A DNA stretch of 64,000 bases. Source: Parcubacteria group bacterium. GTDB taxonomy: Bacteria > Patescibacteriota > Minisyncoccia > Phycocordibacterales > Phycocordibacteraceae. Under the pieces are notes generated by a model, which saw nothing but the letters and a program-made list of their open reading frames with translations, made no database searches and was not told the origin of the DNA. The stretch spans positions 2,157 through 66,156 of the forward strand of contig JAQBQV010000002.1 in assembly GCA_028286825.1 (NCBI GenBank), read 5' to 3'. The position numbers and the translations under genes were made by a program. Positions 50,846 through 60,053 of this stretch are shown one piece after another (the stretch's first letter is position 1; every line of letters starts with the position of its first letter).

Positions 50846-51430
50846 GTGGTAACGAACAAGATGCAAAAGCAGATTGCGCTGCAGAATAACAGTATGGAGT
50901 ACACGCTCAAGGTGAGCGATAGGGCGCGAAGTATGCGCCTATCGATTCGGTACGACGGCGCGGTAACTGTGACGGCGCCGAGGTGGGTGAGTGAGGGGAG
51001 AGTAGAAGCGTTTGTGACAGAGAAGTCGAATTGGCTTCTCACCAAGCTCGAATACTTTAAGCAGTTTACGGGCGGGGTATTTATAAAAAGCGGGAAGCGA
51101 GAATACGCGAAATATAAAGAAGCAGCGCGAGCTTTGTGCGAGCGCCGCGTAAGGGAGCTGAATGCATCTTACGGGTATACCTATAATAGGATCGCCATTA
51201 AGAACCATAGAAGCCGGTGGGGCAGCTGCTCAAGGAAGGGTAATCTCAACTTTAACTACAAGATCGCGCTCCTGCCGCCTCACCTCGCCGACTACGTGAT
51301 CACTCACGAGCTCTGCCACTTGGGCGAGTTCAATCACTCCAGAGAGTTTTGGACTCTCGTCGCTAAGACGCTTCCAAACCACACTGAACTGCGTCACGAG
51401 CTCAAAACAAACCGTCTGAGCCTCCATTAA
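50846..51430 (+). CDS. M48-family metallopeptidase (YgjP/DUF45-like)
   Basis: SRWGSCSRKGNLNFNYKIALLP...DYVITHELCHLGEFNHSREFW contains the HExxH motif. GTG start lies 6 nt after TAATGT. Confidence 0.85.
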   Translation: MVTNKMQKQIALQNNSMEYTLKVSDRARSMRLSIRYDGAVTVTAPRWVSEGRVEAFVTEKSNWLLTKLEYFKQFTGGVFIKSGKREYAKYKEAARALCERRVRELNASYGYTYNRIAIKNHRSRWGSCSRKGNLNFNYKIALLPPHLADYVITHELCHLGEFNHSREFWTLVAKTLPNHTELRHELKTNRLSLH

Positions 51431-51466
51431 TCGCACAATCATAGAGCAAGTGGTAGACTCAACAAT

Positions 51467-51931
51467 ATGAATCCACGAAAATTCTTTATAGGGCGAGCAA
51501 TTGGTCTACTGGCGTTACTCATCGTTGTCGGTGGAGCAGTGATTGCTTACAGCCTACAAAAAGAAAAAACAACTTCGCTTGTTAATAATTTCTGCTTTGC
51601 AAGTGTTGTGCCTGCAGCTGTAGGTACGAGCACACTCTCGATACAAGCCACACTGTATTCAAATCATTCGGTTGGAGGCAGGCTTGACTTGCGGCCGTCT
51701 GAGAAAGACTCATTACTAGGAACGTTCATTGGTACGTGGAAGGAGAGTTCTGGCAACAACGTCTTGGAGGTTGTTCATGCATACACTGGCGAGGGAGTTA
51801 CCGCTACCACGTCAAGAACGATTCTGTTAGCGGATGGGTATGCGCAGATTGACTGGGACGGAAACGGTCCTGCGCCTTACAGTCCGGAGCATGTTCCGAG
51901 CGTATATTGTCCTAGTGCAGACGAGGAGTAA
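51467..51931 (+). CDS. membrane-anchored hypothetical protein
   Basis: N-terminal TM segment. TAGACT 51454-51459 lies 7 nt upstream of the ATG. The terminator at 51969-52006 is downstream. Confidence 0.55.
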   Translation: MNPRKFFIGRAIGLLALLIVVGGAVIAYSLQKEKTTSLVNNFCFASVVPAAVGTSTLSIQATLYSNHSVGGRLDLRPSEKDSLLGTFIGTWKESSGNNVLEVVHAYTGEGVTATTSRTILLADGYAQIDWDGNGPAPYSPEHVPSVYCPSADEE

Positions 51932-51968
51932 CCGGAGTACGCTGTTTCGTTATTAACGTGGAGAGCAG

Positions 51969-52006
51969 AAAACACTCAAACGGCCGTATGGCCGTTTGAG
52001 TGTTTT
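51969..52006 (+). terminator. rho-independent terminator
   Basis: AAAACACTCAAACGGCC gtat GGCCGTTTGAGTGTTTT, a 17-bp stem. Confidence 0.85.
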
Positions 52007-52060
52007 TAGGTCGAACTTGGCGCACTTTTCCACGGCAGACAATTTGTTATAATTTATAAC

Positions 52061-52633
52061 ATGAACAAATCAACGATGATCGCGAGCGGTGTATTAGCTA
52101 TCCTTCTAGTCGCTGGGTTCTGGTATATCGATCAAGGCGAAAAGAAGCCAGCGGCCGCAACTTCTACGGCGCCCGCGCTTGTCGACTATACTGACGCCGA
52201 GTACGGTCTCGCCTTTGCCTATCCGGAAAGCTATTTGCTCACACAAGAAGACGATGCAAGTGCATCACAATGGGCGCTGCACTATATTTCACTTATGCGT
52301 AAAGTAGACTTGCCGCCGCCAGTAAACGGCGAGGGCCCTCCTTCTATTAGTGTTGCGTTTTTCACGAACAAGCTCGACAAAAAGACGCTGGTGCAATGGC
52401 TCAAGACTGACACGTTGCATTCGAACTTCAATACATCAAATGGCACCTATGCCTCAACCACCGTTGATGGACGAGAGGCCATTACCTACAAATGGTCGGG
52501 GCTCTACGAGGGTGTCACGACAGCCTTTCTCTATAAGGACACGGTAGTGAGCGTCACGGTTGAATACTTAACGCCGGGCGATGAGATCGTCGATGCATAC
52601 AAAAAAGTCCTCGATTCGGTGCAACTCCCATAA
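52061..52633 (+). CDS. membrane-anchored hypothetical protein
   Basis: N-terminal TM segment. The extended -10 TGtTATAAT 52045-52053 ends 7 nt upstream of the ATG. Confidence 0.55.
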   Translation: MNKSTMIASGVLAILLVAGFWYIDQGEKKPAAATSTAPALVDYTDAEYGLAFAYPESYLLTQEDDASASQWALHYISLMRKVDLPPPVNGEGPPSISVAFFTNKLDKKTLVQWLKTDTLHSNFNTSNGTYASTTVDGREAITYKWSGLYEGVTTAFLYKDTVVSVTVEYLTPGDEIVDAYKKVLDSVQLP

Positions 52634-52661
52634 GCCTGGCTCAGGACTTTTTATAGAAAAT

Positions 52662-52700
52662 AAAACAAACGCGCCGTCACAGTGTGACGGCGCAAAATCG
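52662..52700 (-). terminator. rho-independent terminator of 52716..53795
   Basis: GCGCCGTCAC agt GTGACGGCGC with a T-rich tract on the minus strand. Confidence 0.7.
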
Positions 52701-52715
52701 TTACTCATATCGGTC

Positions 52716-53795
52716 TCACTTTACTGCGGTAAGCCGAGTGCGAAACGTTTCAGGCAGATGTTCGGAGGCAATAAGATTACCCTCAGCAACAACTGTTGCT
52801 CGGCGCAAGACAGATCTAAGTTCGCGCACGTTACCTCTCCATTCGTGCCGTACCAAGGATGTCGCCGTATTGTTTTCTATGACGTACGATCGTTTGTTAA
52901 TTTGCTGAAGCAAATAATGCGTAAGCGGAATGATCTCAGCAGATCGTTCGCGAAGGGGAGAAATGTGAATGCTGAGGTCGGCGAGCCGATACAGCAAGTC
53001 TTCGCGAAAATTGGATGACTTAAGTTGGGCAAATGGCGTTTTAGTCAGCGCAATAACTCGTACGTCGACAGTTCGCGTAGTAGTCGAGCCTACAGGACGC
53101 ACCTCGCCGTCGTTCAGGGTTCGAAGTAAATTTACCTGAGCAGCATGCGGGAGTTCTTCAAGTTCGTCGAAAACGATCGTACCCCCGTCTGCTTTGATAA
53201 ATAGTCCATCCTCCGCTTGCACCGAGCCAGTAAAGGATCCTTTTTTGTGGCCGAAGAGTTCACTGTTGGCAAGATCTCCATTCAGACTCGCACAATTGAT
53301 GATTATGAGCGGTTTGCCCTTTCGGGGGCCGAGCTGGTGTAGAGCCTTCACAACTAGTTCTTTGCCAGTGCCGGTCTCACCGAAGATACAGATTGGATAT
53401 TCCGTAGCTGCGAACTGCCGAATCTGTTTCGCTAAGGATTCGGTCACTTCACCGCATATGGCGAACCCGGGGATTAGTTCCAGGGCCGTTTCGAAAGCAG
53501 TAGGCGAAATGCTCGTTGTGTTGTTTCCCATACCGCGGTTCTGAGTGGCCCAGTTGACGGGTTGCGCGGAAGACGATTTTTCTGGTTTGCCAAGGATCTT
53601 TGCGATCCGTCGACTCGGTCGTACCGGATGATTCGCGACAAAAATTGCCGTTGTAAACGCTTCGTCTCTGTCGTACGTAGTGCGCTTGAGTCTGTTATAG
53701 GTCGCACTGCAACCAATACAAAGGTTTGTTGGTCCGAAAGCAGGGTGTTCTTCACACCGCGTGCATGCCGGGACGGATATAGATTTTTCAGTCAT
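52716..53795 (-). CDS. sigma-54-interaction-domain AAA+ ATPase with N-terminal Cys4 segment, no C-terminal HTH
   Basis: Walker A is GETGTGKE. Also contains ELFGHKKGSFTGS (a GAFTGA-loop variant), GGTIVFDELEEL and NVRELRSV. The N-terminus has CTRC...CIGC. The protein ends about 25 aa after the sensor II region. Confidence 0.85.
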   Translation of the reverse strand: MTEKSISVPACTRCEEHPAFGPTNLCIGCSATYNRLKRTTYDRDEAFTTAIFVANHPVRPSRRIAKILGKPEKSSSAQPVNWATQNRGMGNNTTSISPTAFETALELIPGFAICGEVTESLAKQIRQFAATEYPICIFGETGTGKELVVKALHQLGPRKGKPLIIINCASLNGDLANSELFGHKKGSFTGSVQAEDGLFIKADGGTIVFDELEELPHAAQVNLLRTLNDGEVRPVGSTTTRTVDVRVIALTKTPFAQLKSSNFREDLLYRLADLSIHISPLRERSAEIIPLTHYLLQQINKRSYVIENNTATSLVRHEWRGNVRELRSVLRRATVVAEGNLIASEHLPETFRTRLTAVK

Positions 53796-53966
53796 TCTTT
53801 CTCCTTTCGATGAAGTTGCAATGAATCGTACTGGTCAATCCAAGCCGAACAGTATATGAATTGATGTGTTGTGGCAATGTTCCTTACCGCGCTAGTTAAG
53901 AAGACCTAGACTCTACTTATAGAGGTATGGACGCGGGTTTTAAGGGGCGTGATAGACTGAAGTTCT

Positions 53967-54863
53967 ATGAAAGGAATAATTGCACTTATCGCTATTGTCG
54001 CACTCGGTTTTGGAGCTTACTACTTTACTCATACCTCACCTCAGACAAGCGCAACGACGGGCACGACGGCTTCTACGACACAGCAAGCAGGCAGTCAGGC
54101 GACTACGACGGAGGTCAAAACAGAGACAGTTATCGGTACCTCGGTACAGGGTCGGCCCATTACTGCCTACCACTATGGTACTGGCGACAAAGAAGTTGTA
54201 TTTATCGGAGATATCCACGGAGGATACACTTGGAACACAGCGCTTTTGGGGTATAAGACAGTCGAGTATTTTAAGAATAATCCAACCGCGATTCCAAAAA
54301 ATGTAAAAGTAACGGTTATTCCCGTCTTGAATCCAGACGGACTGAACAAAGTCGTCGGCACCACCACCGCAAACTTCTCTCAAGCCGATGTGGCTTCTGG
54401 CCAGGCTGCCCAGATTGCGGGTCGCTTTAACGGAAATACGGTAGACCTCAATCGCAACTTTGATTGTTTGTGGCAGGCCAAGGCAACCTGGCAAGGTAGA
54501 ACAGTCAGCGGCGGAACAGGCGCGTTTTCTGAACCAGAAAGTCAGGCAATAAAAAGTTACATTGAAACTCAAAAACCAATAGCGGTCGTAGCGTGGTACG
54601 CCTCTGCTGGCGGCGTCTATACCTCAAGCTGTGGTAGCGCGACATCGCCTGAGACACTCGCACTCACCAACCTTTACGCGAAGGCTGCTGGGTATACATC
54701 GAACACCACCTACACCGCCGATCCACTACCGGGCGATATGACTAACTGGCTCGCGAAGATAGGTATCCCTGCGATCAGCGTGATGCTTAAGACGCACACG
54801 GATATGGAATGGGGTGCCAACCAGGCAGGTATCGACGCCGTCTTAGCGCGCTACGCAAAGTAA
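53967..54863 (+). CDS. M14-family zinc carboxypeptidase-like protein
   Basis: Anchor/signal sequence present. Contains IHGGYTWNT, NPDG, VDLNRNF and SEPE. The extended -10 TGaTAGACT ends 8 nt upstream of the ATG. Confidence 0.85.
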   Translation: MKGIIALIAIVALGFGAYYFTHTSPQTSATTGTTASTTQQAGSQATTTEVKTETVIGTSVQGRPITAYHYGTGDKEVVFIGDIHGGYTWNTALLGYKTVEYFKNNPTAIPKNVKVTVIPVLNPDGLNKVVGTTTANFSQADVASGQAAQIAGRFNGNTVDLNRNFDCLWQAKATWQGRTVSGGTGAFSEPESQAIKSYIETQKPIAVVAWYASAGGVYTSSCGSATSPETLALTNLYAKAAGYTSNTTYTADPLPGDMTNWLAKIGIPAISVMLKTHTDMEWGANQAGIDAVLARYAK

Positions 54864-54870
54864 ATCAGTA

Positions 54871-55749
54871 ATGAGTTCGACTGCTAAAAAGTGGAGTATT
54901 GCGGCAGTTGGTATTGCGGTAGTGCTTGGCGGAGCTCTGACGATTTTTTGGCCTCACCAGATCGAACAGCCTGCCCCCGTCGTGGTCCAGCCAGCAATTC
55001 CTGACTATCCTATTCACAGCGTCATCGGGTTTTCAGTCGAGCATCGTACGATTGACTCTTACACCTATGGCACAGGGCCGACCCGTATCGCTTTTATCGG
55101 TGGTATTCATGGCGGGCTCGAGTGGAACAGCGTGATCCTTTCGTACCAACTGATGGATTATTTGAAGGCGCATCCAGAAACGGTCCCTGCGTCGCTTTCA
55201 GTCACGGTGATCCCCGACGTTAACCCCGACGGCGTACACAAGGCTCTCGGTACTGAAGGCCGCTTCGCCGTTAAGGATGTACCCGCTGGAGCGCTCGACG
55301 CGGGTCGCTTCAACGCCCATGGTGTGGACCTCAATCGTAATTTCAACTGCCGCTGGGTGGCGACGAGCACCTGGAAAGGGGAGACGCATAGCGCCGGCAC
55401 AGCAGCCTTTTCTGAGCCCGAGGCACAAGCCATACGTAATTTCGTCGCGACAAGTAGTCCAAAAGCCGTGATCTTCTTCCATAGTCAGGCGGGTGCGGTC
55501 TACGCTTCTGAGTGCGGGAAGGGAGTACTCCCTCAGACGATCGATATTATGAATACGTATGCGCGCGCCGCCGGGTATCTCGCAATTAAAACCTTTGATG
55601 CGTACCCGACTCCCGGAGACTCAGAAGGGTGGCTTGCGTCCATTGGTATCCCAGCGATTACGGTAGAGCTCACAACGCACGACGTAGTGGAGTGGGAGAA
55701 GAATCTCGCAGGCGTCAAAGCAGTTATTCAATACTATAAATTAAGATAG
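54871..55749 (+). CDS. M14-family zinc carboxypeptidase-like protein (tandem paralog)
   Basis: Contains IHGGLEWNS, NPDG, VDLNRNF and SEPE. Confidence 0.85.
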   Translation: MSSTAKKWSIAAVGIAVVLGGALTIFWPHQIEQPAPVVVQPAIPDYPIHSVIGFSVEHRTIDSYTYGTGPTRIAFIGGIHGGLEWNSVILSYQLMDYLKAHPETVPASLSVTVIPDVNPDGVHKALGTEGRFAVKDVPAGALDAGRFNAHGVDLNRNFNCRWVATSTWKGETHSAGTAAFSEPEAQAIRNFVATSSPKAVIFFHSQAGAVYASECGKGVLPQTIDIMNTYARAAGYLAIKTFDAYPTPGDSEGWLASIGIPAITVELTTHDVVEWEKNLAGVKAVIQYYKLR

Positions 55750-55776
55750 GTCTTTTTTTGTTGATAGAATTCGGGT

Positions 55777-56376
55777 ATGAAAAAATACTTCCCACACTTT
55801 CTACTCGCTGCTTACATCATCGAGTTTATTATTGCGGGTTTGCACCCGTTCGATCGTACTACCTGGTACGCTGAGAATGGTCCAATCGTACTTGTGGTCG
55901 CGGTCGTGGTAATTCTCTACATCAAAAACGTGCGCTTCTCGAACACGGCATATGCACTTATGTTCGTACTCCCGTTTATGCACACAATCGGTGGACACTA
56001 CACCTTTGAGCGAGTGCCCTTTGAGTGGTTCGACTCGTTTTTCGGTTTCGAACGCAACATGTTTGATCGCGTTGCACACATGACAGTCGGTTTCTACGCG
56101 GTCCCGCTTATGGAGTACCTCGAGAGTCGCCGTTTAGTAACGAAGCGTTGGGTCGCCGTAACGTACTCGATCTTTGCCATCGCGTTTGTAGCCGTTGCCT
56201 ATGAATGGATCGAGTGGTGGTTTGCCGTCACTAATGGCGGGAGCGCGGGCGCAGCATTCCTGGGTTCTCAAGGCGACATTTGGGACGCCCAGAAGGACAT
56301 GCTCATGGACGTGCTCGGCGCAGTGGTGTCGGTAACCGGATATTGCGCAGCTTTGCTTTTCAAATCGAAAGTATAA
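55777..56376 (+). CDS. DUF2238 (YjdF-like) membrane protein
   Basis: Multi-pass protein with HPFDRTTWYAENGP near the N-terminus. TGaTAGAAT ends 6 nt upstream of the ATG. Confidence 0.7.
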   Translation: MKKYFPHFLLAAYIIEFIIAGLHPFDRTTWYAENGPIVLVVAVVVILYIKNVRFSNTAYALMFVLPFMHTIGGHYTFERVPFEWFDSFFGFERNMFDRVAHMTVGFYAVPLMEYLESRRLVTKRWVAVTYSIFAIAFVAVAYEWIEWWFAVTNGGSAGAAFLGSQGDIWDAQKDMLMDVLGAVVSVTGYCAALLFKSKV

Positions 56377-56386
56377 AATAGGTTTG

Positions 56387-57016
56387 ATGAGTCGATCAGT
56401 TCAAGGGGCTACCGTAGTCGCGGCAATTCTGATTTTCGTGGGTGTTTGGTATTTTGCATTTCGTACAACCAGCCCTGGCTCTGTGGCGAACTATCCATCA
56501 AGCGGGACCGACATTATCGCTTTCGGCGATAGTCTTGTCGCTGGTAATGGCTCCACTCATGGGAACGACTTCGTCTCAGTGCTTTCGAAAAAGACTGGAC
56601 AGACGATTGTTAACCTTGGGGTCCCGGGCGACACCACGGCCGCGGGGCTGGCACGACTACATGAGCTCGATCAATACCACCCAAAGGTCGTGCTCCTTCT
56701 TTTGGGAGGTAACGACCACTTGCGCAATGTCCCCACTGCGACCACATTTGCTAACCTAAGCACGATTATTGAGAACATTGAGTCGAGAGGTGCGATCGTG
56801 CTCTTGCTCGGCGTGAAAGGGAGTCTCTTTGGTGACCAGTTTGCGCCAGAATTCGAAAGACTCCATACGAAGTACAACACGGCCTTTGTCTCAAATGTTC
56901 TCGAAGGACTTTTTGGAAAAGAGAAATATATGTCAGACGAAGTGCACCCTAATGATCTGGGGTATACAGTCATTGCCGATCGTGTGTATCCAGTCCTTGT
57001 GCCGCTTTTGAACTAG
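56387..57016 (+). CDS. SGNH/GDSL hydrolase (arylesterase-like)
   Basis: Block I is IIAFGDSLVAG, block III is GGNDHL and block V is DEVHPN. ATG 56387 lies 7 nt after TAAAAT. Confidence 0.85.
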   Translation: MSRSVQGATVVAAILIFVGVWYFAFRTTSPGSVANYPSSGTDIIAFGDSLVAGNGSTHGNDFVSVLSKKTGQTIVNLGVPGDTTAAGLARLHELDQYHPKVVLLLLGGNDHLRNVPTATTFANLSTIIENIESRGAIVLLLGVKGSLFGDQFAPEFERLHTKYNTAFVSNVLEGLFGKEKYMSDEVHPNDLGYTVIADRVYPVLVPLLN

Positions 57017-57051
57017 CGCAATCAACACGCACACATTGCGGCGGGGCAGAG

Positions 57052-58833
57052 GTGTGGGAGAATAAGCTCATCCCTATGACTGAACTTGTACTGATCGTCT
57101 TATTTATCGCACTGCTTATTTCTAATCGTTCGCTCTCCGGTCGTTTAGCCGCTCTCGAAGGTAGATTTAAAAACGGCATTCAACCACAGGTAGCTACTCA
57201 GTCCGCTCCTAATGCTGTTTCCTATAGCGCCGCTAGTGCTGTGTCGGTGGTCGCTCCAAGCGTCGTCCCGGTCACCGTTTCTTCTGGCCCCGATGCGTCA
57301 ACGCGCTTTGGCGAGTGGCTGAAGGAGGATTGGCTTATGAAAGTGGGAGCGCTACTCTTCATTATTGGCTGCGGATGGTTCGTTTCCTACGCGTTTGCCA
57401 ATAACTGGATCGGTCCTGTTGGCCGCATTACGCTTGGGGTCGTCGCTGGCGTTCTCGTGATGCTCTTCGGCTTCTGGCGCATGCTCAAGTATGCCTCACA
57501 AGGCGCCGTCTTCCTCGCGCTTGGCGCTGGAATGACCATGCTTTCGATCTTTGCGGGCCGTACTATATATGGATTCTTCACTCCAGCAGCAGCCGTCGGG
57601 TTCGACTTCCTCATCGCTTCGTTTGTCTCTTTTGCAGCGTATCGGTTCAACTTAAAGTCGCTCGCGGTCATCGGTCAGATCCTCGCCTTTGTCGCACCCT
57701 TACTTGCGGTGGGGCAGACCAACTCGGTCTTCCTCTTCAGTTACTTACTGGCGATCACGCTCGCAACGCTCATTTGGGCAGGGCTCAGCGGTTGGCGCGA
57801 CCTTATCGTCGCAAGTCTCGTCTTCGTGACGTTGTACAGCTTGCCGTACCTCTTCGCTGCCCACGGCAGCTCCGGAATCTACAGCGTTGACGCGCCGATA
57901 GTTCTCAATTTCGCCTATATTTTCGCGATGGTCTATTTATTGACCGGTATGTACGCCGTCGTGAAGCGGGGAGTGGTCACGGCTCAAAACGAGCTCTTGC
58001 TGGCAGTACTTAACGGCGCTTTCCTCTTTTTGTGGATCCTCATGGTTTCGCCTAAAGAACTGCATACGTTGCTCTACAGTGCCTGGGCAATTGTCTTTGC
58101 TGTGGGTTCATTTATTGCCTTCCGTGCGAGTGAGAAGCCAGACCCGTTCTATGCGTATGGCTCAGTAGCGATCGCCTTTGTCGCCGCAGCAACCGCAGCT
58201 CAGCTCTCAGGCGCAACACTTGCCATCGCGTACACGATTGAGGCTCTACTTTTGGTAGTTGCGATATTAACGCTTACAAAGAAAGTGGGGAGTGCAGCGT
58301 CGTCGCTCCTCTTCTTCATCGTACCGATCGCTCTCTCTTTTGACAGTATGCGCGTCTACGGTTATTCGCAGGCTGTCTTTAGTCGAGAATTCTTTGTGCT
58401 GTTTATCCTTGCAGGTGCACTGATTATCGCTGGGCGACTGATCGGAAATGCAGAGCGTGAGAGTGGTGCGACCACAACGGGCCACCTCTGGCCGACTGCG
58501 GTAATCCTCGGTACGGTCTATATCTGGTACATCATCTGGAGCGCTGTACATATCGTGCTTCCTCACTCTGCTGATATGGCGACTTTCGTGACTCTCACGA
58601 TTTATACGATCGCTGGGCTCGTCGCCTACTTCAACGGACTCTTTACGAGCGACACGGCTCGCAGGGTCTACGGCATGGGTCTGTTGATCTTCGTCGTTGC
58701 GCGACTTCTTTTTGTTGATGTGTGGACGATGGAGCTCGCCGGTAAAGTGATTACCTTCTTCGCGATCGGCATTCTCCTTATGAGCACAGCATTCCTCACA
58801 AAAAAGAAGGCGGCACCAGCAGTTGGTGTCTAA
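57052..58833 (+). CDS. DUF2339-like polytopic membrane protein
   Basis: 593 aa with more than 12 hydrophobic segments after a short N-terminal helix. GTG start; ATG 57076 is an alternative. Confidence 0.7.
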   Translation: MWENKLIPMTELVLIVLFIALLISNRSLSGRLAALEGRFKNGIQPQVATQSAPNAVSYSAASAVSVVAPSVVPVTVSSGPDASTRFGEWLKEDWLMKVGALLFIIGCGWFVSYAFANNWIGPVGRITLGVVAGVLVMLFGFWRMLKYASQGAVFLALGAGMTMLSIFAGRTIYGFFTPAAAVGFDFLIASFVSFAAYRFNLKSLAVIGQILAFVAPLLAVGQTNSVFLFSYLLAITLATLIWAGLSGWRDLIVASLVFVTLYSLPYLFAAHGSSGIYSVDAPIVLNFAYIFAMVYLLTGMYAVVKRGVVTAQNELLLAVLNGAFLFLWILMVSPKELHTLLYSAWAIVFAVGSFIAFRASEKPDPFYAYGSVAIAFVAAATAAQLSGATLAIAYTIEALLLVVAILTLTKKVGSAASSLLFFIVPIALSFDSMRVYGYSQAVFSREFFVLFILAGALIIAGRLIGNAERESGATTTGHLWPTAVILGTVYIWYIIWSAVHIVLPHSADMATFVTLTIYTIAGLVAYFNGLFTSDTARRVYGMGLLIFVVARLLFVDVWTMELAGKVITFFAIGILLMSTAFLTKKKAAPAVGV

Positions 58834-58838
58834 CTCGT

Positions 58839-60026
58839 ATGAAATTATTTACATTTGCCGCCCTCGTAGCGCTTTTCGCGTTACCTGTAACTTCGCTCGC
58901 TGCTACACCAACACCGACTCCTCAGTCGGCGTTTGTAGCCGCATCCGCAACGCAAAAAGACACCGTGACTAACGCCTTTCATTATTTTGAACAGGTGACG
59001 CCTCAGATCTCCGTGCCGACCGTGATTGAAGTTCCGCTCAATCTGACGCTCGTTTCGTTTCCAATTCTTGCGGTCTACAACGTAACGACGAGCCAATTTG
59101 AGCCGTATCTGATCAAGGAGTCGGTCGTGTCTGGCGCAGGTCCGATTCGTATCGACGCAAACGGTTCGGTGGGGAGCACGTATGCGATTAACGATAATAA
59201 CTACCAAACGTATCTGGAATTTCCGCTTCACGAAGGAAGGAATCATGCAGAACTCACGCTGATCTTTACTAAGCCAGTGGTTGCATCCTCGCTTTCATTT
59301 GCACTCGACGCAAACGTTGCACTGCCACAAACGATCTCGGTCACTGCGGAAACGGCCCAAGGTCTCTATACGGCTCTAGCGCCAACACGGCTCTCACAAA
59401 TGGGCGCTTCGTTCCCACAAACGACTGCGCTCATTTGGCATATCGCGTTTGAGTACGCGCAGCCACTACGCTTTACCGAGCTCAAGCTTAATCAGTCTTC
59501 GATAGAGCAAACCACGTCGCGTGCCGCACGATTTTTAGCACAACCGGGCCAGAGCTATCAACTCTACTTTGCGGCTGATCGCTTTGTACAAACGACTACT
59601 AAAGAAGCGGGCGATCTTTCCTCCGACAAAGGCGTAAGCATATACCGAGGGCAAGAGATCGCTAATCCTTCCTATACACCTGCCGATGCTGATACTGATG
59701 GAATCCCCGACCTCAGCGACAACTGCGTTACTGCTGCCAATGCTGATCAGAAAGATTCTGATAGTAACGGCCGAGGAGATGCGTGTGAAGACTTCGATCG
59801 CGACAGCATCATTGCCGCACACGATAACTGCGCCGATATGCCAAACCAATCACAGGTAGACACGGATGCTGATGGCATAGGAGATGTCTGCGATAGCTTC
59901 GACAATCGAGTCACCGAGCGTTTGCCATGGTTACCGTGGGCTGGGGTAGGAGTGGCGGCGCTCGTACTCCTCGGTCTCTTTGCTCTTGTGCTGAAGTACC
60001 AACAGAAGCCAAACGAGGCAGCCTAA
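58839..60026 (+). CDS. secreted protein with thrombospondin type-3 (Ca-binding) repeats and C-terminal TM anchor
   Basis: Signal peptide present. D-x-D-x-D-G-x-x-D-x-x-D-N-C repeats (DADTDGIPDLSDNC, DSDSNGRGDACED, DTDADGIGDVCD). Confidence 0.75.
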   Translation: MKLFTFAALVALFALPVTSLAATPTPTPQSAFVAASATQKDTVTNAFHYFEQVTPQISVPTVIEVPLNLTLVSFPILAVYNVTTSQFEPYLIKESVVSGAGPIRIDANGSVGSTYAINDNNYQTYLEFPLHEGRNHAELTLIFTKPVVASSLSFALDANVALPQTISVTAETAQGLYTALAPTRLSQMGASFPQTTALIWHIAFEYAQPLRFTELKLNQSSIEQTTSRAARFLAQPGQSYQLYFAADRFVQTTTKEAGDLSSDKGVSIYRGQEIANPSYTPADADTDGIPDLSDNCVTAANADQKDSDSNGRGDACEDFDRDSIIAAHDNCADMPNQSQVDTDADGIGDVCDSFDNRVTERLPWLPWAGVGVAALVLLGLFALVLKYQQKPNEAA

Positions 60027-60053
60027 TTAGGCGTGGGTGTATACTGTGTATAT

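Noticed and set aside
53796-53966. Sigma-54 promoter between the AAA+ activator-like gene and the M14 peptidase genes
   Set aside because: The best candidate, TGGCAATGTTCCTTA, lacks the GC dinucleotide at the required -12 spacing. The first M14 gene already has an extended -10 leaderless-type promoter.
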